64,000 nt of DNA from Yuukianura sp. NJ FZ-2021 (Eukaryota), in the NCBI GenBank assembly GCA_046563655.1, contig CM102290.1, positions 10,292,001 to 10,356,000 of the forward strand, read 5' to 3'. The position numbers and the translations under genes are program-made. This document shows, in pieces, positions 12,772-23,154 of this stretch (position 1 is its first letter; each line of letters begins with the position of its first letter). The notes below the pieces were generated by a model. It made no database searches and was not told the DNA's origin. It saw only the letters and a list, made by a program, of their open reading frames with translations.

Positions 12772-13042
12772 CAAGGTAAATAGAATACTTATAGGTACGG
12801 TTGTTGAAAATTGTTTTTTCAAAACTGAGTTGCTATGGGATTTCTTTGACTCCGAGTTCACTCATTTACAGTGTTGTTCAAAATTTTCAGCATTTTAGTC
12901 TCAATACTTTCGCCGCAAACTTAAAAATAGCTTAAAAACTCGGATGAACCTGTATTTTCACTCGGAGTGACGTCACTGTGAGTGAAATTGTAAACAAATA
13001 AAGAATCGGTTTTGGTCGCTAAGGCATTTTTGCCGCCCCCTG
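12772..13042. mobile_element. 271-bp non-coding insertion (copy 2)
   Basis: Same sequence and same ATATTTGCC duplication as 9287-9557, offset by 3485 bp. Confidence 0.75.
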
Positions 13043-13262
13043 ATATTTGCCTTGCCGTGGATTCAGGCGTACTCTACCGTATTGAAATGTTGGTCTCGTG
13101 AAAAATTGACCTGTTCTCTAACTTTTTGACGTGTCCAAATTTTTAAAATTTACTTGTACACTTACTTTTTGAGGAATTGGAATTTTGAAAAATTCAGCTG
13201 AAATTCTCTTTGGGTTACATTCATTTATTTGTTATGTTGAACTTCAGCCGCTTCATTCAAAT

Positions 13263-13753
13263 TATACAAAGGGACCATTGCACTACGGTCTACCGTGATG
13301 CACGGTACTGATGACGATTGCAGTCAGAAACCGTAGTGGTTTTGTTTTCTTCTGGGAATAATGTACCTTAAGAAGAGAATCTCACCATGCCCCAAGACAT
13401 TTATTACTTTGTTGGACAATGTGTGAAACAAGTTTCTTACTTTTCCAAGGCAATCTCACCCTGCCACATGCAATTTCTTAGTAATTTGAACAATGAGAAC
13501 GAAGTTTCTTAGTTTTCTACATGAATCTCACGTTGCCCCACTCAATTTCTGATTTATTGAAGTTTCTCCGTCATGGTGCTTAACTTTCCAAAGGAATCTC
13601 ACTTTGCCCCATTTCAGCCTTTTCTCGATCGAAAAATTTCAGCCTTTTAGCCATGCTTTCTGTGTGTCACAAGTTACCCGATTTCAGCCTTTTTCCCATG
13701 CCCTTAACACGTCTCAACTTGCCTCCAAAAATTTCAGCCTTTTAGACCTGGCC
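13263..13753 (-). repeat. Right terminal inverted repeat (~490 bp)
   Basis: Reverse complement of the left TIR with scattered substitutions. It has two fewer 71-bp subrepeats. Confidence 0.9.
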
Positions 13754-14442
13754 TTTATACCATGATTTTCTCCTCAAAAGTTTTGAGATACTTTTGATAT
13801 TCGTTTAAATGTATCCCAACTAAAAACGACCAACATCTCGTTTCAGATATCTCTAACTCACCCAACTTGATGGATATCTTGGTATCTTGTGTTAAACGGA
13901 TGTTTTAAACATGCTGTTTTAAACGCTTGTTTAAAAAAAGGGTTAAATTTTGTTTTAAACAAAAGCTAAAAATTGGCAAAATTACGTAAACACTAACAAA
14001 ACTATAGGGAAAACGCGAAACTTTCAGAAACATTAAAGACAATAATATTAGTTTTCACGGAATGCTTTGTTTCTAAAAACTTGATAGACATGTCACAGGG
14101 ACATCTTCCAAGACCCAAAAACGTTTTGCGGGTACGAGTGGCCATTATTGAACTCTTTAGTTTGGCAGCCTTATGCTTCAATGGGTTGAAAACAAAGGAA
14201 AACGTTGAAAACATCATACTCTAATTGACGAGCGTTGCTCCGTCACAATGTGAAATCCCATGCTAATTCAAACTATAGGTAGAGAAAACTCTCTGCTTGG
14301 AAGAGTGGAACGATCCTGGGGTGTCCCTTTAACATTACTTCTCCAAGCACAGACTTCCAAAAATTCCATCTCAACTCAACGTCAGGGGGGGGGGGTCTGG
14401 GGGGGCTTGCCCCCCCCAGCCTCCGCAATATGTTTTTGATTC

Positions 14443-14658
14443 AACTAGACGGAACCCGTGATGTTTACACATCACGAAATTAACTTGAAGCACTAGGTCA
14501 TACTCGGGTCAAACGAAAAAGCTAGCGGATTTTTGACATGAAGGAAGGATGATTTGGAACATTGTCAAAAATCTGCTAGCTTTTTCGTTTGACCCGAGTA
14601 TGACCTAGTGCTTCAAGTTAATTTCGTGATGTGTAAACATCACGGGTTCCGTCTAGTT
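14443..14658. repeat. 216-bp near-perfect palindrome with Helitron-like 3' termini at both ends
   Basis: Arms 14443-14538 and 14563-14658 (96 bp, 1 mismatch) with a 24-bp spacer. Each outer end is a hairpin CGTGATGT-N4-ACATCACG followed by GGTTCCGT and CTAG|T. Confidence 0.85.
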
Positions 14659-15091
14659 TAATATAATACGTTTAAACACACACAAAAAAACGTTTGAGTT
14701 TTAAGGATACCCTGCGTGGTATCTACACCCGAGTCCAAGATATTCAACATCCCAAAGCGTTCTAGCATTCACCAGATTTCTGAGTATTAGTTACACCTAC
14801 CTCTGAAACTCCGGATTCACACACATTGCTAACTTGGACAAGTTTCGTGATTACAAAGACAAGTCCTTCGTTTCCTTTGTATTGAGGTTAAATTGTTTTT
14901 TGTACTTTGTGACCTGTGACTGACCTAATTAGTAATTGTCACTGGACGGAAAACCGGTAATTGAAAAGGGTCTTCCCGTACCCTATTTTGTGAGTAGACC
15001 ATTTTCTGCAATGACATTTCCTTTTAACGTGAGGTTCATTACATCATGACTTGTTTTTGTTTAGAAATGAAATGCTGCAGGGGTGGGAACA

Positions 15092-16404
15092 ATGTTTGGA
15101 TGTCTTAGAAGATCAAGGCCATCGGACTTGAAATTCATTTTTAACACAATGACGACCAAATCCACAAGGGAACCTGACTCCGTAGCCACCAAATCCGCAA
15201 AGGACCATGACTCTATAACCACCTACTCTTCCCTCAGAAAAGACGTTTTGGCAGAGCTCAATCATCATGAACAAGTGAGTCACATGTCACTCATCAGAGA
15301 AGTCACGATTCATGTGTCCACGAATCATGGCGTTTGAAAATGAAGAAATGCAGTCTTACCTTGTTGTAAATCGTTGACAGGTAGCCGGTGTCAAATGGAA
15401 GCGATTTCCGTACTTGAACAAACTTCTCAAAGGTCACAGACGCGGCGAGTTGACTGTCGTCACAGGGCCCACGGGATCTGGAAAAACAACATTCATGAGT
15501 GAGTACTCTCTGGACCTCTGCATGCAAGGTGTAAGTTTCTACACAATGAAAATGGTAAATAATCTATAAAGTTTTCGTTTAATTTCCATTTGAAAACATT
15601 TCAGGTGAGCACTCTTTGGGGTAGCTTCGAAATTAGGAACGTCCGCCTAGCGAAAACGATGATTACACAATTTGCAGAAAAAAATCTAGAGACGCATATT
15701 GGGGAGTATGACGAGTGGGCAGACAAATTTGAAAAGTTACCATTATACTTTATGACTTTCCATGGCCAACAGACCGTGGACAACGTCCTGGAGGTGATTC
15801 ATAAATCTTTGTACGCCAATATGAAAGTTTTCCTAATCTTTGAATCGTCAAACTACAGGCGATGTCTCATGCTGCTAGAGTCCATGACATTGCTCATGTC
15901 GTGGTAGACAATCTTCAGTTTATGCTTGGTGTATCCTCAACAGAGAAACACATCGACCGATTTTGGAAGCAAGACTTGATCGTGGCCTCATTCCGAAGAT
16001 TTGCTACTTTGCATAATTGTCATGTCAGCCTCGTCATACACCCCAGAAAGGTCAGTGTGTGTCAGTCTCATGAGATCTCTTTTCGTAGCAATAACCATTC
16101 GGTTTTCCCTCAATTTTAGGAACAGAGTGACGTTGAGCTTACGAACAGTTCCATTTTCGGCGGTGCCAAAGCGTCACAAGAAGCCGATAATATCCTAATT
16201 CTACAGGACAAAAGACTGATCTCAACGCGAGGACGCAAGTACTTGCAAGTGACCAAAAATCGATTCTCTGGCGACCTAGGCATGTTCAATCTCACTTTCG
16301 ACAGAAACTGTCTCAGTTTTGCTACCCGTAGTTCCAAACAACCCCAGTCACCAGACAAAGAAAAAGAAATAACCCCCTCCCCTCCAAGAATCATCAGGCA
16401 GTGA
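15092..16404 (+). CDS. TWNK: Twinkle mitochondrial DNA helicase, linker plus SF4 helicase domain only (~332 aa)
   Basis: Exons 15092-15274, 15381-15530, 15605-15793, 15859-16050, 16120-16404, all phase 0 GT-AG. Motifs: [77 protein letters not shown]. The start codon is less certain than the identity. Confidence 0.93.
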
Positions 16405-16576
16405 TTGTTCCTAGACTTTATTAGAGGCCTTCCTCACGTCGTAATAATTAGGACAAGTTAACAATTAGTTGAAAGCGCATGACTTTGTATTCTTTATTTA
16501 AAAACATGAAAGATAAAAAGTCTTGATTTTCCTAAAAGTTTCTCCATGTAGTCTTCTGAACAACTTTTTGACATGA

Positions 16577-17923
16577 TCAGATGTCATTCCAGACGTAGCA
16601 GTAAGTGTCTTGCCATTCCGGAATTGCTGCTGCTAGCATCTTGGAGAGTGAACCGAGAACGGGAATCCGGTTCCCGAAGATCATCAGGAAGTTGAGGAGG
16701 CGGCGCTTGGTAAAACGGTCGTAGAAAGGAGAACGAATTAGATAGAAGAAAAGTGCGTACGTACGTCGTGTCAGTTCTGCTTTTTCACTGACACGAAGTC
16801 GTTGTGGTCCACCATGTAAGTGAAGACTTGAAATGTCCATGGCCAAACTAACCAACCAAGGCTTCCAGGATTGTGTTCCCCAAATTCCGAGACTGATGAG
16901 ATGTGACAGTGGTCTTAGAATATGAATTACCTAGAAATTACAAGAATTTAAACAATTCCTTGATTAGGAAAAAAACAAACGACGTTCATCGGTTTAAATG
17001 CCGACGTCATGACGTCAACTCACTTCTGCTATGAATCTCAGCGGTGGCAAGTCAAGCGGGATGTTCAGAGGGTTCGATACGCTTGGCACTTTCCAGTTGC
17101 GAGACGATATGGCTGGGGCTGAAGTTAAAATAAAACATCAATCAATTAATTAGAAGACACAGTGTGAGTGAAACGTTCATTTCACAACTTTCATAGATTT
17201 ACGTACAAGCATGAATCTTACGAACTACTCGTCCCGTATGCTTCAACACGAAGACTACACTTGGACTAGACGAATCGTTGGTTTCTTCTCTGCGATTTCC
17301 CCTTCGATCATACGGTTGCAATGCTGGACTCTCGATCATTCCCACTTTGAATCCGTAAAACAAAACCGTCCGAAGACATGTTCTATAAAATAAAAATGAG
17401 TTAGATCAAGAAAACATAATGGATTAAAGTATAGTACTCACTTGACAGCTTGTATAATAAGGATAACAATCCATCGTCCGACGTCTCCCCATAGCTGCTT
17501 AGCGCTAACTTCCAGGAAGAACTCAAAGTACTCTAAAATCGTTAGCAGACTTTTGATTCGATGGATCTGTTTGCTTCGCTTGCACTCGGTATAGGTTCGG
17601 ACATGACCTTCTGACTTGTATCCATTTCTGCCAGGCAGTCCCAATGTTCTCTTCGTATTTTGAACTCGTTCTGCCTCTGCTTTGAGTAGTGAATCATGCC
17701 AAAAAGTCAAGAGGTTTGAAGAGCAGTACAGCAACTCGGGAAGAATGGAAGAGCTTGTCTTCAGTCTTCCTTGCAGCAAGTAGGAAACGATCTTCACTGC
17801 CGACTCGATGTCTGAAGCTCTTCCAGGATTCCGCTGAATCCAAGTGGTATAGTCTCGATATAAACCACTGCTCATCTTGGCAATATATTCCATGGCTTCT
17901 TTCGCTTGATCCATCACATTCAT
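16577..17923 (-). CDS. PEX16: Peroxisomal membrane protein PEX16
   Basis: Exons 17923-17442, 17382-17207, 17118-17024, 16930-16577. Motifs: ELLYCSSNLLTFWHD, LEYFEFFLEVSAKQLWGDVGRWIVILIIQAVK, AEVIHILRPL, SWKPW, ELTRR...YLIRSPFYDRFTK. Confidence 0.95.
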
Positions 17924-18280
17924 GATCTTCTGCTCGATATCACAAAACTAAACTACGTACACTGAATGTAACTTGACAGTTTTTGTCACCTAATCTAACA
18001 AACCAAAAAGAACGAATATAAAGGTAGACTAGAAACAGGTTAGGTTCATTTCAGGGTGCAGAATCACTCGAGTTAGAAACTGGAACTTTAAATACAACTT
18101 TAGAACAGGAGTTAAAATCGTTAGTCAATTACTAACTTTGTTCTCACTTACAAATAAATAAAAATAAAATGTTTCAGAGTCCCCAATTGTGTTTTCTGTA
18201 TTTTCCTATTTTCAAATTCTCAAAATTCAAAATTCGCGGCTAACTTTTGGGGTCTTGCTAACTTTAGGTTAGGTTAACTA

Positions 18281-18397
18281 CAGGGTGGGCCTTTAATCTC
18301 CTTACCCAAGTGAAAGAAAGAGAAACTCTCACATGAGTTTCTTATGACAATAGTGAGAGGAAAAGAAAGAGGGTAAGGAGATTAAAGGCCCACCCTG
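18281..18397. mobile_element. Tc1/mariner-type MITE, 117 bp
   Basis: Perfect 27-bp TIR CAGGGTGGGCCTTTAATCTCCTTACCC flanked by TA on both sides. Confidence 0.9.
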
Positions 18398-18560
18398 TAC
18401 CTTTTTTCAAAAAACTTGTCAAAAAAGTTTTTTTTTCGTAAACGTTTGGAAATGGCTTAAAACGTCCTAAAAAGTGATTAGGAAGAGAAAAAAAAAATTT
18501 TTCGAAAAACTTGAAAAGTGAAAAAAAAATTTTTTCTTGATGGTAAGGGTCCCCCTTACC

Positions 18561-19414
18561 CAGGGTTGGCAAAATGACAATGACGTCGGTCAAAAACGTC
18601 TGTCAAAAACGTTTATGACAAGACCCCTTGTCAGAAACGTCTTTTTTGTCAAATTCATTTTTTATAAAACCGTGAATTCGCGCTCAAGTTTTTAAGTAAA
18701 ACCCGTGAAAAGACCCAATATGGGAACAATTTGATCTAGAACCCAATCCAGCAGCCAGTACCTCAATTGTTAAATGTCGAAGTTGCAAGTGGAGACATGC
18801 TACGAACTACTGCACCACTTACATGGTGGAGATCCGTCAAGATTTCTCCCAATTTAATCTTCGACTGGGGGAAGTTACAGGAGCCGTGGCTGAAATTATG
18901 CGCTCAATATCTTTCTGCAAACGCCTCAACCGCAGGACTGGAACGAATTTTTTCCACATTTGGACTTGTGCGTTCAAAATTGCGGAATCGATTAGGAAAT
19001 ACAAAAGCGGGAAAACTGACATTTATGTATAAGTACCTCAATTCCAAAGCGTCGAAAGAGCAACTACAATCAAATCTGAAGTGGGTATGGGAAGATCAAA
19101 ATATTCCAGATGAGGCACTGGAACTGGAACAGGACGATGAAGATGACGAAAACGAAGACAACAACGTCGGCGTAGGAGAACTAATGGAAGACGAAATGGA
19201 TTTTGAATAAACAGCAGTGAGAACTGACAGCGGGTATACGTTATAATCTAATAGTTAGCAGGTTTACAATGTAGGTTAACCGGCAATTTAGAATTAAAGA
19301 TTTCAATTTTTGGAGGAAAGGTTTCTGACGTTTCTGACGTTTTTGACGCGTTTTTAACGTTTTAAACGTTTTTGACGTCATTTTCGTGAAAAAGACGTCA
19401 TTTTGCCAACCCTG
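18561..19414 (+). mobile_element. hAT transposon, internally deleted (854 bp)
   Basis: 18-bp TIR CAGGGTTGGCAAAATGAC. 8-bp TSD CCCTTACC at 18553-18560 and 19415-19422. Confidence 0.96.
18705..19210 (+). pseudogene. hAT transposase remnant: start of the BED finger plus the C-terminal dimerisation domain
   Basis: KDPIWEQF...IVKCRSCK (BED-like) lies in one frame. PLTWW...LSANASTAGLERIFSTFGLVRSKLRNRLG with an acidic tail lies in another frame. Confidence 0.9.
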
Positions 19415-20502
19415 CCCTTACCTTCATTTTCAAAAAAAGTTGAAAAACGGCAAAGTCCAAAAATAAGTAAAGGAGGGGGTACCCTTCCCACCAAAAAATA
19501 TTCATTTCTTGCAGAAAACGTTTGGAAATGGCTTAAAACGTCCTAAAAAGTGATTAGGAAGAGAAAAAAAAATTTTTTTTCGAAAAACTTGATTTAAGTA
19601 GGTTTGGGGCAAAAGTGAAAAAAATTTTTTTCTTGATGGTAAGGGTCCCTTACCTTCATTTTCAAAAAAAGTTGAAAAACGACAAAGTCCAAAAATAAGT
19701 AAAGGGGGTACCCTTCCCACCAAAAAATATTCATTTCTTGCAGAAAACGTTTGGAAATGGCTTAAAACGTCCTAAAAAGTGATTAGGAAGAGAAAAAAAA
19801 ATTTCGAAAAACTTGTCAAAAAAGTTTTTTTTTCGGATCCGAAAAATCTTAGGTCCAGTTTGAAATTTTCAAAAAAAAATTTTTTTCGCTAAAACATCGT
19901 TTTTTCATTTTCAAAAAAAGTTGAAAAACGACAAAGTCCAAAAACATGCAAAGGGGACCCTTCCCACAAATTTTTTTTTGCAGAAAACGACGGGAAATGA
20001 ATCGAAATGCCGTAAAAAGTGAAAAGGAAGACAAAAATTTCTAAAAATTGGACCAAAAAATTCAATACGTACGACCAATAATGGTTGGTTACCGTAATCG
20101 TGTAACACTGATCCACCTTAACTCAAATCCAGAACAATCGAACAACGTCCGTCCTTACAAGCATCAAGTCAAGCAGAAAGCTTAATAATAGGAAATGAGC
20201 AGCGTTTGCTCAAATATATCATACACGTATCCTGCTTTTTGTTTGGTTCTAAAAACAATGTGAGTGATGCTGACCTTTTCTCTCAGTGTCCAGCGTAGTT
20301 AGGCGTCAATGCGACGATGGAGATGCAAGAAGAAAGCGGATGTTGATTAGATTTCAGTTTCAGCGTCTTTCTTTTCCAAAAAGTCCCACTTGCGTGTTCT
20401 TAGAAAATTTAGTCGTCCTGCATCATTCGTTGAGTTACTCTGTTTAACCAAAACAAGTTTTAAGAAACTACTACTTTAGAAAATTTTTGGGACTGTTGAA
20501 CA

Positions 20503-23154
20503 ATGGAATGGAGAAACTGTGTTTTGTATGGGTGGGCGATAATTGCTGTTTGCATGAAGCTGACAGGTAGTATTCAAAGAAGCGTCAAAAGCACTTTTTA
20601 TCCAATTTAAAAAAATAATTTTCCAAAACAAATTTCCAGGAGCAGAAGACGGCGAAGTCGACTGCGCTCTGGACGCTGCCATGACTTGCTTCCAACCCGT
20701 CACAAATGTCCTCAACTGCACTGTCCTTCCAGGTATTCAGGAGTCAAACATCAGTCAAAGTTCAAAACGTTTGACTCATATGAGTCATGAGTCCAAGAGT
20801 CGTAATTCACTATCCGCCGTTGTTTGACTCACGTTTGACTGAAAAATACGTTATTGTGACACTCTTCCTCTGCGATTTTTGAAATTTTCGTACCTTGGTA
20901 AATCTTCCAGATTTCTGTAGCATCAATTAAACTTCTAATTGTTTCTTTGGTGAGTCACAGGATTGGGAATATCTGCACCGGCGTGTGACACAGGAAACTT
21001 GACGTTGACGACACAGAATCTCGCTCTTTTCTGCAAGTAAATCCAAAAAACCAATTATAAATTTTTAATTAAATCTAAATTTTGGCTTAAGATTCGAATT
21101 ATGGCTCATTTGAAGTTGATTGTTTTTGTTAGTTCTATAGATGAGGCACTCAACAATTGTTTGGTTGACCTCTTGGGGTCATCCTGTTCAGCCTCTGATC
21201 CCAAACACGGCCATTACCAAGAATGGCTTAAACTGATTAACGCTTTGCTCAAGAAACTATGCAGCCCAGAGTCAATGCAAAGTAAGAGCTGACCACAAGG
21301 CATTCGACAGTGTTAGAACTGAATTATTTCACTTTTCAGTGAAAAATGAAAAAAAAAACTGAAAAATACATGAAACCAAAAAAAAAAAAACTTTTCAGCT
21401 TCTTTAATTTATTTCACTGATAAGCTGAAACATTTCAACAAAATATTTCAATTTCTTTCACTTTCTTTCAAGTTGTTTCAGTGAAATTAAAAAAAAAACA
21501 TATATGGAATTCTCAGTTCATTTCACTTTTTTCAGTTTTTTCATTTATTTCAGTTTCTTTCACTGAAACGAAAAAAACTGCCCGACCGTGAAATACATAC
21601 AACACGCACTAGACGTTTACAAAATTTTGAAACTTACTAGAAGTCTTTCATGTCAAATGTAATGTAGCAATAACTTTTTGGGTATTTAGTTGTGACAGAG
21701 TCGGCGGGATGTGGGGATGAAAGTATTTTCAAGTGCCTCTTCTCTACGCAATTTGATCTAATTGAACTACTTACAACGGAAATCCCTCCACAACTTTGCG
21801 GGTAATCTGCGTTAATTAAGAAATTAATGAATTACTTTGAATATATAAAAGTAATTCGCGTAATTACTTTGAAAATACCAAATTTCTACAATTAATTTGA
21901 AAATGCCTAAGTAATTCGTGTAATTACTTTGTCAATTACGAGCTACCAAAAGACTTTATCAAATTTTTAAGGAACATTGAACTCCGTGCTCAGTACTGCC
22001 TCACCACTTCCGCGTTTCCACTTCAATGCAAACCGATTCTGCGTCTGCTGAAGGAATTGGCGCAGGACTTCGTGGATAACACGCAGTGTCACGTACAGCC
22101 AGTTATTCTCGTTCCCCTTCAAAAACCTCCTACTTCAACTTTACAAACTCTCCGTATGCATCTTGTTTCAAAAATCGAATTTTGTAAATTCTAATAACTT
22201 TTTGCCAATTCAAAACTGTAGTGGACGAGTCAGATAAAACCTGTGAGCTGGATCACGACGTTCTATCTGCCTGTTTAGAACCAATGATGAACGACTGGAA
22301 CTGCTACTTTGCGAGCGACACAGGTCCCCGTCCATGTCCATTTTCATTGGGTTCACTTTGCGCGTAAGGCATAAACAAAACTATCCCGGAAAATACTAGT
22401 TTCAAGTTGGAATTTCTGTACAGTTCAACTCAAGAAGCGTTTCAGTCCTGCGCAATGAATTTGATTGGCTATGGCTGTGAGGACTCCAAAGCTCATCAGA
22501 GACAATATTACAAGTGGATGATGGCTCTGGGTGACGCACAGAGTGAACTCTGCGTCACCTCATCCACAACTGCTACAGCTCTTCCGGGTGCACAAGAAAC
22601 TTGTAAGCCTAGTCGAATCAAAATTTTGACAAAGATTACAAAATTTTTAAAAATAGCGAAAATATTTCGAAATCAAAGATTTCAGCGGTAAGGTGTCCTG
22701 CTGGAAGGCCTTCTTCACCTGTCTCCACCCACTTCAAAACCAGAAGCAACTTCTAACCCTCATCACAGACGACATAACAAAGGAAATTTGTAGGTACGAT
22801 GACCTCTGACCTCTCTAGAACCTAGCGCTGACCTCTCTAGAAGCTAGCTGCATGACCTTTGACCCCTAGAAATTCAAAAACCACTGTCTTTTTGTTTTTT
22901 GCAGAGAAATCGCTGATGACATTGACTACTGTCTCATGACCCTCGGATTCTCTGGCGACCTTCACGAGTGTGACTTCGTCCTAGACAAAATCCAGCTCAT
23001 GAAAAGTGCATTCACGATGTCTGCGCCCTGCGTCAACTCTTCACTATTTCTTATCGGAAACGACGACTCTACGACACCCAATGCTGCAAAAATCACTCCC
23101 ATCTTCCCACTGCTCGTTTTGTTGTACTCCACACTTTCCTTCTACTTGCTCTAA
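20503..23154 (+). CDS. Uncharacterised secreted, probably GPI-anchored protein with four tandem Cys-rich modules (10 exons)
   Basis: Signal-like first exon MEWRNCVLYGWAIIAVCMKLT (20503-20566). Phase-compatible exons start near 20640, 20961, 21133, 21691, 21972, 22222, 22424, 22679 and 22905. Hydrophobic C-terminus IFPLLVLLYSTLSFYLL*. Confidence 0.75.

Larger units (their letters stand above)
1900..13206 (+). repeat. 175-bp tandem satellite array, about 40 monomers, interrupted by four insertions
   Basis: CAGCTGAAATTCAAC recurs at 1981, 2156, 2331 and so on (period 175). Core monomers are near-identical and the edge monomers are degenerate. Interruptions lie at 6194-7996, 9287-9557, 9680-11481 and 12772-13042. 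Confidence 0.98.
1238..13753. mobile_element. Large non-autonomous Foldback/Mutator (MULE)-like DNA transposon with long modular TIRs, carrying a satellite array and nested TEs
   Basis: Starts GGCCAGGTCTAAAAGGCTGAAA (1238) and ends TTTCAGCCTTTTAGACCTGGCC (13753). Inverted homology runs from 1238 to ~1868 against ~13263-13753. Flanking 9-mers TAAATACCA / TTTATACCA match 7/9, consistent with a decayed 9-bp TSD. No cognate transposase ORF is visible. The superfamily is inferred. Confidence 0.85.
18401..20060 (+). repeat. Imperfect ~215-240-bp tandem repeat (3-4 units) interrupted by a hAT element
   Basis: AACGTTTGGAAATGGCTTAAAACGTCCTAAAAAGTGATTAGGAAGAG occurs at ~18441, 19517 and 19746, with a degenerate copy at ~19986. 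Confidence 0.85.

Noticed and set aside
1900..13206. 175-bp array as a CRISPR array or coding repeat
   Set aside because: The monomers are contiguous with no unique spacers, there are no cas genes and no ORFs, and the context is eukaryotic.
13760..14380. AT-rich segment with AAACG/TTTAAAC motifs and ORF 14002-14217
   Set aside because: Probably a decayed repeat, but I could not define its ends or a TSD, and the ORF has no recognisable features.
21320..21590. Intronic quasi-palindromic TTCAGTGAAA/AACTGAAA-rich segment ending ...CCCGACCGTG
   Set aside because: Likely an old MITE remnant, but only one plausible terminus and no TSD are visible.
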